This document shows, piece after piece, positions 18,820-26,901 of a DNA stretch of 64,000 bases. The position numbers and the translations under genes are program-made. The stretch spans positions 9,002 to 73,001 of the forward strand of contig JAFGCX010000034.1 of assembly GCA_016932415.1 (NCBI GenBank). The letters are read 5' to 3'. The stretch's first letter is position 1, and each line of letters starts with the position of its first letter. The notes under the pieces are model-generated. The model ran no database searches, was not told the DNA's origin, and saw only the letters and a list, made by a program, of their open reading frames with translations. This stretch comes from Candidatus Krumholzibacteriota bacterium. GTDB lineage: Bacteria > Krumholzibacteriota > Krumholzibacteriia > Krumholzibacteriales > Krumholzibacteriaceae.

Positions 18820-20550
18820 ATGAGGATGAGATCTTTATTATTCCTGGTTCTTGTCTACCTTTCATGCGCGTCGGTCCCGCCAGCGGTCCAGACGGAAAAG
18901 TCAGATGATGAGATCAGGGAAGGGCTTCTTACGAAGATAAGGACTTCCGTATTTGAGGAGGATCATAAGGAAATCAGGAAGAAGGGCCTTCTCTATATTG
19001 AAAAATACGGGGGAAGCAGTGAAATACCAGAGGTAAGGATCTGCGTCGGAAAAGCGTCGTTGAATCTCGGGTATCTGACCGAGGCAAGGACAGTCCTTCT
19101 TCCACTCGCCGGTGGAGACGCCTCTCCATCTGACAGAAGAGAGGCACTGCGGCTTCTCGCCCGGGTCGACATGGAAAATGGCAGATATCAGGATGCCGCC
19201 GAAGAACTTCTCGATGCCATAGGCGCCGGGATGAATGATTCGGAATATCAGGAGACAAGGATCCTGCTTGCCCGGATCTCCAGCCTGCTTTCAGAAAGCC
19301 AGCTGGACAAGCTTAGGGTCGACTACGCTTCGATTCCTGGAATCGATATAATACTCGAACAATCACTTTCCTACGCGCTGGCGGGAAGTGATACGTCCCG
19401 GGTCTCATCTCTGAGACGCCAGCTCATTGCCGCCGACTCTCTCAGGGTGATGCCTGACCGCCTGATAACAAGCAGGACCGTACCTGCTTTCGACAGAAAG
19501 ATCGAAAAGACGCAGAATGGCGATAGCCGGACGATCGGTCTTCTCTGCCCCATGAGCGGGAGATTCGGCCGTCTTGGAGAGGCATTTCTCTCCGGAGCTT
19601 CGACGGCAATGACTGAAGCCCGGATGATGGGAACAATCGATATAGAGATCGTTGTCGGTGATACAAAGGGGAGCGCCCTGGAAGCCCGCGAATTGACTGA
19701 AAGAATGATCAGGGAAGAAGGAGTGACGTCATTTGTCGGGGGAGTCCTGAGTTCTTCCACTATTGCCGCGGCGCAGGCCGCCCAGTTCAATAAAGTTGTT
19801 CTATACTCTCCAGTCGCTTCCGAAGAAGGTATCGACGGGATCGGAGATCATATCTTCCAGGCGCGGACCAGTTCAGATGCCGAGTTGATCGCTCTCGCGA
19901 GGATCGCCTGTTCGATCATGGGAAAAAGAAGGATCGCCTTCCTTTCAGCCGATGGGCATCGTTCAAGAGAATACGAGGCTCTTTTCCGTGAGTCGGTGGA
20001 ACTGCTCGGTGCCTCTCTGGTCGTCTGCGATTATTACGACCAGGGCAATACAGATTTCAAGGTAAATATCGAACGCCTGCGCGGTGCCGATCCCGACGCG
20101 CTGTTCATAGCTTCCGACGTGGAAGACCTGATTCTGATCCTTCCACAGCTGTCATTCTATGAATTCGGCGTCCAGTTGCTCGGAACCAGCGCGTGGAACT
20201 CGAATAATCTGCTCCGAATGGCAGGTCGGGACATGGAAGGCGCTGTCTTCCCGGCAGTAATCGATCTCAAGGATGATGAAGAGGCATACAGATCTGCTGC
20301 CGCCTTTACGGACAGGCAGGCGGTCGATGTCAATCGATTCGTCATAGGCGGATATATCGGTGTCAGAAAAATGCTGGAAGCCGTCGCGCAAAGCAGGCGG
20401 AATGGAAGTTCCATAAGGGAAGAGATGTCAAAGTCCCTGGAGAATAACCAGCATCAATACATCGAACTCGTCTCGGGAAAAGGGATCCTGTTCTACACGA
20501 TCAGAAATGAAAAAGTCATTGATTACATGACCCTGACGCTCCACAGGTAG
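18820..20550 (+). CDS. TPR + type I periplasmic-binding (Peripla_BP_6/LivK-like) domain protein, LpoA-like architecture
   Basis: Signal peptide (MRMRSLLFLVLVYLSCASV); helical TPR-like N-terminal half; C-terminal half with Leu/Ile/Val-binding-protein fold motifs (TIGLLCPMSGRFGRLGEAFLSGA...VGDTKG). ATG 18820 after an AAGGA RBS; the track's upstream extension overlaps the previous gene. Confidence 0.65.
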   Translation: MRMRSLLFLVLVYLSCASVPPAVQTEKSDDEIREGLLTKIRTSVFEEDHKEIRKKGLLYIEKYGGSSEIPEVRICVGKASLNLGYLTEARTVLLPLAGGDASPSDRREALRLLARVDMENGRYQDAAEELLDAIGAGMNDSEYQETRILLARISSLLSESQLDKLRVDYASIPGIDIILEQSLSYALAGSDTSRVSSLRRQLIAADSLRVMPDRLITSRTVPAFDRKIEKTQNGDSRTIGLLCPMSGRFGRLGEAFLSGASTAMTEARMMGTIDIEIVVGDTKGSALEARELTERMIREEGVTSFVGGVLSSSTIAAAQAAQFNKVVLYSPVASEEGIDGIGDHIFQARTSSDAELIALARIACSIMGKRRIAFLSADGHRSREYEALFRESVELLGASLVVCDYYDQGNTDFKVNIERLRGADPDALFIASDVEDLILILPQLSFYEFGVQLLGTSAWNSNNLLRMAGRDMEGAVFPAVIDLKDDEEAYRSAAAFTDRQAVDVNRFVIGGYIGVRKMLEAVAQSRRNGSSIREEMSKSLENNQHQYIELVSGKGILFYTIRNEKVIDYMTLTLHR

Positions 20551-20581
20551 AAACAGTCCCGGGTAGGGGCGAAAGAACCGG

Positions 20582-21250
20582 TCAACCTGTCAGTCTGAAA
20601 CTGATGAGAAAACTTATCCAGAACGATCTTGGCGTTCCGTCTTCGATGACAGGTTTGAATTCAAACTGGCGAACAGCTTTGATCGAAGCTTCTTCGAAAC
20701 TTTTCATTCCGAAGACTTTTCTCACATATGCCTCATCGACCAGACCTCTCTCATTGATATATACCTCGACCAGGACATACCCTTCAGATCTCTTTAACAT
20801 CGCGTCCTGAGGATATTCCGGCTGGATCATCCGGAGTATCACATAATCCTGCCTGTAAGGTACATCGGTATGGGAGGGATAGGTGCGGACGTAGTTATCA
20901 TCGATCACTTCGTCGAAGGTGATTTCTTCGATTTCTTTTTCGGGAGCAGTGGAGATCCGGGGGTTTTCTTCCTCAATATCTTCCTCTTCTTCGCTGACCA
21001 GGTCCATTTCGCGAACGACGATGTCGTGGCGTTCCTCGGAAAAGACCTCTGCCTCTATCCCTCTGTCGTCGATGATAGTTATTTCCGGTACAAACCTCTC
21101 TTCTCCTTCGTAACCTACGGAAAATATCCTGTCCACGACTCTGGAACGTTCAGCGCTGAAAAGTAGGAGAAGAAGAGTGATCAGAGCGATCGGGATCGTC
21201 AGGATGAGTCTCTTTGTGAGTTTTCTGTCGTATTCTACTATTTTTCCCAT
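20582..21250 (-). CDS. TonB family protein (energy transducer, C-terminal TonB domain)
   Basis: N-terminal TM anchor, acidic/proline-poor linker, C-terminal TonB domain (YPQDAMLKRSEGYVLVEVYINERGLV...AVRQFEFKP). Confidence 0.75.
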   Translation of the reverse strand: MGKIVEYDRKLTKRLILTIPIALITLLLLLFSAERSRVVDRIFSVGYEGEERFVPEITIIDDRGIEAEVFSEERHDIVVREMDLVSEEEEDIEEENPRISTAPEKEIEEITFDEVIDDNYVRTYPSHTDVPYRQDYVILRMIQPEYPQDAMLKRSEGYVLVEVYINERGLVDEAYVRKVFGMKSFEEASIKAVRQFEFKPVIEDGTPRSFWISFLISFRLTG

Positions 21251-21338
21251 TTCCCGGACTACCCAGCCTTTTCTATGAATATCAGCTATGAGGTCTCAAT
21301 AGTCAACCAGTGGCGATATCCCTGATAAGCATATCGGC

Positions 21339-23675
21339 TCATAAATCGACGTCGATCATCGAATTGCCTTCGGTGGCGCCTGGTAACTGTAAATGTCTTA
21401 ATATCATCTTTTCATTTCCGGGAAGGATGATAGACAGGATATGGGATCCTTCGTCCAGGAGCCCGTATGAAACGACGCCGTTATCGTCAGTCATCGAGGT
21501 GAAAAGACCGTCGACAGATACGATAGCGCCCCGAACTGGCGATCCGGATCTTGATATGGTTATGTCATGACTGTGAAAAATCGTTGGGTCAGGGGCAAAA
21601 AACCTTGCCAGGCCGGTTACGATGGAGTTGGCCTGCATCTGTCGCCAGAGCTGAGAGGAGAATATCTTTTCCGTCTCTCCGTTCAGCGCGGCATGGATCT
21701 CGCACGCGGGAAGATTGGTCTGCTGGAGAAAGAGATGGGACGACTCCGATATCAGGGGATTTTTAAAAGGTGGAATATTGCCGGACATCTCTTTCAGGCT
21801 GCCAGCTATCCTGCTACCCTTTTCACTTCCCGGGTAATGCAGGAAGAGCGGCTCGTCCGATCCTGCGGGCAATTCTGAACCGAAATAGAGGCCGAGGGCG
21901 AGATCTCCGCGAAACCTGTTTGTCCTTTCGATCCTGTCGTCGAGCGAAAGTGATTCCTCCCCCTCGCGCGTGAGGATGATTTCTGCCCCGGCTGTCGTGA
22001 GGATATCCCTCATCTGTTTGGCGATATCGAGGTTGACAGTCGCTCCCCTGAGCCGCATCGGTCCCAGGCCGGAATCTTCCGTACCTCCCCCGGCAGGATC
22101 GATCACGATCTTCTTGCCATGAAATATTCCACCAAGGAGGGGTTCAAGAATGACCACAGTCCGACCGGTGTCGCCGGCAGGTGCGATCTCATCAAGCTCG
22201 ACCCGGCGATAGCCGGGGGCGGTTATCGTGATCGGACTCGCGGAAAGAGAGGCGGGGATCGACAGAACTCCGGCGGCGCCGGCCGCGCACAGAGTCCCGT
22301 CAGGGAAAAAGGCAGCGGCGTCATCGATATCTTTTCCGCTTGCACGGTCAGTTACTATAAGAGAAAGAGTCATCCGGTCATCGCCAGGGGTGAAAAAGAG
22401 CGTGTCGCAGAGACCGGGGACTTCGAATATAAGTCCTTGGTCGAGAGAACTCCTTGCCGATCTGAATCGGAAGACTCCTTTTTTAGATCTTCCTTTCAGC
22501 ACTTTTCCCGATCCCGTCAGTGTCACCTTTAAAGGCTGTCCGTCAGCTACAGGCTCGCCAAACTGATCGAGTATCTTTACGGAAAGCGAGAGATAAGGTC
22601 CTGCCGAATTTTCAAAAGGTAACGCGATTATATGTCTTGCCGGCCTGGTTAATAAGATCTCAAACGGCGTACTGAGGCAGCTGCCGCCAAGGATGCTTCT
22701 CGCGTAAGCCTGAAAACGGTATTTTCCGTTTGGGGCGTCGTAAGGCAGGGCGTATGATATCCTGCCGAGCAAAGGATCCCAGACGGCGGGGACTCTTCTG
22801 CCATTGTCCAGAATGCCGACCGAGGAGGGGTCTACAGGTATCGAGGCGCCAGGGGCCACTGTAAAAGAGATAATCTCCGGTCGACCGATAGTGTCCCCCG
22901 GGAGGTCAACCGGACTGATTACGGGGATGCCCCTGGAGAAATATGATATCAGGCCGAGGAAATACGCTTCCGCTTCAAGTCTCTGTTTTGATGAGATCCT
23001 CAGTTTCTTTTCGATTCCCGGATGCGAGATGTAACTGGCCTCTCCCAGCACAGAGGCCCTGGCGAGAGAATTTCTTAGAACATAGTAGCTTCCAGGTTTT
23101 ATTGACGATCCCTCTATTCCGAGGTTTCTAGACAGGTGCGTCTGTATGTCCGTCGCCAGTTCCATCGAAGCGTCAGGATCTGTGGCGCGGTAATAGACTT
23201 CTATGCTGTTCTTTTTTCTGTCGAGAGAAATATTGGAATTATGATGTATCGATAAAAAGACATCCGGGTCGAAGGAGTTGGCGACCCTGGTCCTTTCAGC
23301 GAGATCGTCTCCGAGAGCAAGGGAGCTGTCAGGAAGAAAATCCCGGTCATTCGTCCTTGTCATGACGACATCAACTCCGGCATCGTTGAGAAGTCCCCAT
23401 AAATAGAGGGCGACGCCAAGGTTGACTTCCGCTTCAGTGAGCGAATCGATTCCGGTCGCTCCTTCGAAATATCCTCCATGGCCGGGATCGATAACGATCT
23501 TTCTGCCTGTAAGTACTGTCGCGTCGGCTTTTCCCGGATCCTCGCTCAAACGGAGGTAAAGACGCTCCCATGAAGTCTGTTTCGAAGCACATCCTGAGAG
23601 CAGGATAATGAAGGTCAGTGCGGCTATTCGGCAGGTCCGGGCGCGGTTCATCCGATCCTCCTTCTGATCGATCAT
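21339..23675 (-). CDS. N-acetylmuramoyl-L-alanine amidase with two Amidase_3 domains (N-terminal active, C-terminal degenerate)
   Basis: Lipoprotein-like signal (LLSGCAS); domain 1 has IDPGHGG...E...SIHHNS zinc-ligand pattern; domain 2 (GKKIVIDPAGGG...GLYFGS) lacks both His ligands. Confidence 0.8.
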   Translation of the reverse strand: MIDQKEDRMNRARTCRIAALTFIILLSGCASKQTSWERLYLRLSEDPGKADATVLTGRKIVIDPGHGGYFEGATGIDSLTEAEVNLGVALYLWGLLNDAGVDVVMTRTNDRDFLPDSSLALGDDLAERTRVANSFDPDVFLSIHHNSNISLDRKKNSIEVYYRATDPDASMELATDIQTHLSRNLGIEGSSIKPGSYYVLRNSLARASVLGEASYISHPGIEKKLRISSKQRLEAEAYFLGLISYFSRGIPVISPVDLPGDTIGRPEIISFTVAPGASIPVDPSSVGILDNGRRVPAVWDPLLGRISYALPYDAPNGKYRFQAYARSILGGSCLSTPFEILLTRPARHIIALPFENSAGPYLSLSVKILDQFGEPVADGQPLKVTLTGSGKVLKGRSKKGVFRFRSARSSLDQGLIFEVPGLCDTLFFTPGDDRMTLSLIVTDRASGKDIDDAAAFFPDGTLCAAGAAGVLSIPASLSASPITITAPGYRRVELDEIAPAGDTGRTVVILEPLLGGIFHGKKIVIDPAGGGTEDSGLGPMRLRGATVNLDIAKQMRDILTTAGAEIILTREGEESLSLDDRIERTNRFRGDLALGLYFGSELPAGSDEPLFLHYPGSEKGSRIAGSLKEMSGNIPPFKNPLISESSHLFLQQTNLPACEIHAALNGETEKIFSSQLWRQMQANSIVTGLARFFAPDPTIFHSHDITISRSGSPVRGAIVSVDGLFTSMTDDNGVVSYGLLDEGSHILSIILPGNEKMILRHLQLPGATEGNSMIDVDL

Positions 23676-23928
23676 TTAATGTCCGGTTGCCACGGTGGAA
23701 AATTCACCGGTAGCATTGATGCCGGTCCAAACCGGCCAGTCCGGAATGATCGCAGTTATTTATTGTCTAACATATAGTTGTGTACTCTTCAAGTCTGATT
23801 TGACGAGATAGTGGAAATCTGTTGAAGATGAAGAATTTCAATAATATCGTCGATTTAACAATATATTGAGATAATAGTTGACGGTTGCCACAATATATGG
23901 TAGAAAATGGCGAGTTTATATTTATTTT

Positions 23929-25365
23929 ATGTCTATTTTTATCAAAACGGAGAAGTTTATCCAGACAAGTCTGAAAAAGCTCCCTTCAGTAGAGAAGGTC
24001 CTCGGCGACGAGCAGGTCTCTTCACTCATCTCGAATTACTCGAGGAATGGTATCACGAGGATCGTCAGAGAGAAGATTGACGCGTATCGCGCGGTATTAC
24101 TGAAGGATACGGCTGAAGACAAGAGCAGCGAAATAATACTCGGTGAGATAGTCACCGCGGTTGCCGAAGAGATCGGATCGATAAGCGCGGTACATCCGAG
24201 AAGGGTCATAAACGCTTCGGGAGTCGTGCTGCACACAAATCTCGGCAGAGCGGTGTTGAGCGAATCGGCCCGATCAGCCCTTGAGTATGTTTCGGCTGGA
24301 TACGTGGATCTTGAGATCGATATGGCCAGCGGACAGAGGACCGAGCGCGACGCAAAGGCGGCGAGGCTTCTCAGTCTTCTTACCGGTTCGGAAAGCGCGC
24401 TGGTAGTGAATAATACAGCCGCGGCAGTGCTTCTTGCCGTAAATACATTCGCCGGTGAGGGAGCTGTCGCAGTCTCCAGGGGAGAACTGGTCGAGATAGG
24501 AGGCAGCTTCAGACTGCCTGAGATACTGTCATCGGCAGCGCGGCAGGTCATCGAGGTAGGTACGACAAACAGGACTCACCCGGGGGATTATAAGGAAGCG
24601 ATAGAAAGGGGCGCGACTCTTCTTCTTAAGGTCCATACGAGTAATTACAGGATCCTTGGATATACGGACGATGTGGAACTTGAAAAACTGGTCGAGATCG
24701 GAAGAGCAAACGATATCCCGGTAATGTACGATCAGGGGAGCGGAATACTCTTTCCTTTCGGCAAGGGAGGACCCGAGGGCGAGGCGGACGCTGGCGCGCT
24801 GATCAAAAGCGGTGTGGACATCCTGTGTTTCAGTGCGGACAAGGCTCTCGGTGGACCGCAGGCCGGACTGATAGCAGGCAGGTCGGGACCTGTTGAAAGA
24901 CTGAGGAAAAATCATCTCAGCAGGGCTCTAAGAGTGGATAAACTGACCCTGGCAGCTCTTGAAGCTGTATTGCTCCAGTACTGGACCGGCCGGACCGACC
25001 AGATCCCGGCGATCAATATGATATTGGAGAGCGTTGAATCGATCGGGAAAAAAGCTGAAAAGTTTTCCGCCGTTTTATCGAAAAAGTTGTCCCCTGGCTG
25101 TAAAGTGACTCTTGTCGAGGGAGAATCATCGATCGGGGGAGGGAGTTTTCCGATAGATCCTCTTCCGACCATACTTGTCAGGATCGAACTGGATCCAGGT
25201 GTGGCGGTAAAGCTTTCGGCGCTGCTTCGCGGGCTTGATCCGGCGATCCTCGTGAGGATCAAGGATGATTCGATATATCTGGATCTCAGGACTGTGACAG
25301 GCGAAGAGGAAGAGATCATCGGGAAGAGCCTGGCAATGGGAATCAAGGAGATTTCAGGGAGGTAG
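23929..25365 (+). CDS. selA: L-seryl-tRNA(Sec) selenium transferase
   Basis: SelA hallmarks: LPSVEKVL, VINASGVVLHTNLGRA, PLP-lysine motif CFSADKALGGPQAGLIAG; ATG 23929 preferred (MSIFIKTEK...) over the TTG 23878 track start, which sits in a promoter-like TTGACG...TAGAAAAT stretch. Confidence 0.9.
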   Translation: MSIFIKTEKFIQTSLKKLPSVEKVLGDEQVSSLISNYSRNGITRIVREKIDAYRAVLLKDTAEDKSSEIILGEIVTAVAEEIGSISAVHPRRVINASGVVLHTNLGRAVLSESARSALEYVSAGYVDLEIDMASGQRTERDAKAARLLSLLTGSESALVVNNTAAAVLLAVNTFAGEGAVAVSRGELVEIGGSFRLPEILSSAARQVIEVGTTNRTHPGDYKEAIERGATLLLKVHTSNYRILGYTDDVELEKLVEIGRANDIPVMYDQGSGILFPFGKGGPEGEADAGALIKSGVDILCFSADKALGGPQAGLIAGRSGPVERLRKNHLSRALRVDKLTLAALEAVLLQYWTGRTDQIPAINMILESVESIGKKAEKFSAVLSKKLSPGCKVTLVEGESSIGGGSFPIDPLPTILVRIELDPGVAVKLSALLRGLDPAILVRIKDDSIYLDLRTVTGEEEEIIGKSLAMGIKEISGR

Positions 25366-26873
25366 TGATTATCATGGGCGATGAAGAGTACGGAAATGTC
25401 GAAGATGGTCTTTCAGGACCCTGTGGTGGAGGCGGTTACTCGATCTTTCTCGATGAGAAAGAGATGTACGCCTTCATGGAGGAGGGAGATTACTCTTCTT
25501 CGCGAAATCTCGACCATTTTCGTAATGTTGAGGAATCTATTGAAAAAAGAATGGTGGAAGGAGAGGGATTCTCCGTCCTTGCCATGTCGATGCTCGAGAG
25601 CCGGATCGCCAGGGATTTTTCGGTCTTGCAGATAGGTCATCTGCTGTCGAAGAACGGTAAAAGGGTGATAATCGTCGACGCGGATTTCCTGAGCCCGGGG
25701 ATGAACGGTCTGTCGGGTGATATCGAAGACCATGGATTTCTTGACCTGCTGCTCTATGGAAGCTCTCTTAAATCAGTCATGAAACCGACAGGTATAGACG
25801 GTGTTCACATAGCCGGTCCAGGATCTTTCCCCGTATCGAGGACGGTGCCGTTTGCCCTGAAGGAGTTTGGAAAGATCAAGGATTACCTGTCGAGCAAATC
25901 GGATATAGTCATATACTGTTCCACGCTTTATACGGAAGACAAGGCGATAAACCCGCTGAGACAGTACGTGGACAGCGTACTTCTCTGTTGCAGCATAGAA
26001 GAGATGGAAGAAGGGGAACTTCAGAAAGTCCTGAAGGATATCGGGCCTGAATTGCCTTCACCGGACCTGGTCTGTTTCTGCTCTGGAAAGGAAACGGCCG
26101 CCGGCGAAGAGGCAGAGATCGAAGATGAGAAGATAATAGACCTCGAACCTGAATCGGAGATCCTCGACCCCGAATCACCTGACGAGGAGATCAAACCGGA
26201 ATTCATAGAGAAATCGGACGAGATCGACTCGGTCTCGAGGAAAGAGAACAGAAGGATAAACGTTCCAAGACTTGCCATCATCATCATCTCGACACTGATA
26301 GTAATCTTTATCATATGGTGGTTGACGATCGACAAGTCTGTCCAGGAAAAAGAAGGTACAGACAGGATGTCGGAACTTGTCCTTAAACAACAGGACGCGA
26401 GGGAGATGGCGCAGAAGGACGATCAGGAACCGGCCGGGGAAAAGGTCGCCGAAGAAGGGGATAAGGTAGAAACCGGGGCTGTTTCTTCCGGACAGGACGC
26501 CGGGATGTCGACTGAGGGAAGCGGGCTTCAGACCGCGGACGTTCCGGATGATCAAAAACCGGAGACGAGGGTGGATGATTCACCGGATGAAAAGGCCACT
26601 CCCGGGGAGGTCACGATAGCTCCAGAGGGGACTTATTATTCGGTACATATAGCTTCTTTTCTCGATATCGGTAGAGCAGGGACCGAAAGCGACTATTTCG
26701 AGAAAAAGAATTACGATGTGCGGATAATGGAAGTTGAACTGAAGGGAAGAACATGGTTCAGGGTGTATATAGGTGAATTCAGGACGAAGGAGGAAGCTGA
26801 AGCGATGCGTACGGAGCTTCTCTCCTTCAGAAGGATAGCTGAAGCCAGAGTAATGAATGTGAAATATAACTAG
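25365..26873 (+). CDS. Membrane protein: cytoplasmic degenerate ParA/MinD-like domain, single TM helix, C-terminal SPOR domain
   Basis: ParA/MinD-like region (KRVIIVDADFLSPGMNGL...) without an intact Walker A; TM helix LAIIIISTLIVIFIIWWLTI; low-complexity acidic linker; C-terminal SPOR-like domain (YYSVHIASFLDIGRAGTESDYFEKKNYDVRIMEVELKGRTWFRVYIGEFRTKEEAEAMRTEL). Start is GTG 25365 or ATG 25374. Confidence 0.6.
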   Translation: MIIMGDEEYGNVEDGLSGPCGGGGYSIFLDEKEMYAFMEEGDYSSSRNLDHFRNVEESIEKRMVEGEGFSVLAMSMLESRIARDFSVLQIGHLLSKNGKRVIIVDADFLSPGMNGLSGDIEDHGFLDLLLYGSSLKSVMKPTGIDGVHIAGPGSFPVSRTVPFALKEFGKIKDYLSSKSDIVIYCSTLYTEDKAINPLRQYVDSVLLCCSIEEMEEGELQKVLKDIGPELPSPDLVCFCSGKETAAGEEAEIEDEKIIDLEPESEILDPESPDEEIKPEFIEKSDEIDSVSRKENRRINVPRLAIIIISTLIVIFIIWWLTIDKSVQEKEGTDRMSELVLKQQDAREMAQKDDQEPAGEKVAEEGDKVETGAVSSGQDAGMSTEGSGLQTADVPDDQKPETRVDDSPDEKATPGEVTIAPEGTYYSVHIASFLDIGRAGTESDYFEKKNYDVRIMEVELKGRTWFRVYIGEFRTKEEAEAMRTELLSFRRIAEARVMNVKYN

Positions 26874-26901
26874 GGAAGGTGCAAGACACCGGTCGCGGAG
26901 G

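Noticed and set aside
20551-20581. Possible bidirectional terminator between the convergent LpoA-like and TonB-like genes
   Set aside because: Only a 4-bp CCGG/CCGG palindrome and no U-tract; too weak to call.
21551-23131. Several plus-strand ORFs of 60-137 aa within the amidase region
   Set aside because: All are antisense to the 778-aa amidase gene and are Arg/Gly/Ser-rich with no features.
25356-25380. Programmed frameshift or fusion between selA and the downstream gene
   Set aside because: The selA stop (TAG 25363-65) is well defined and the downstream gene has its own GTG/ATG start adjacent to a GGGAGG RBS. It is an ordinary overlapping or abutting gene pair.
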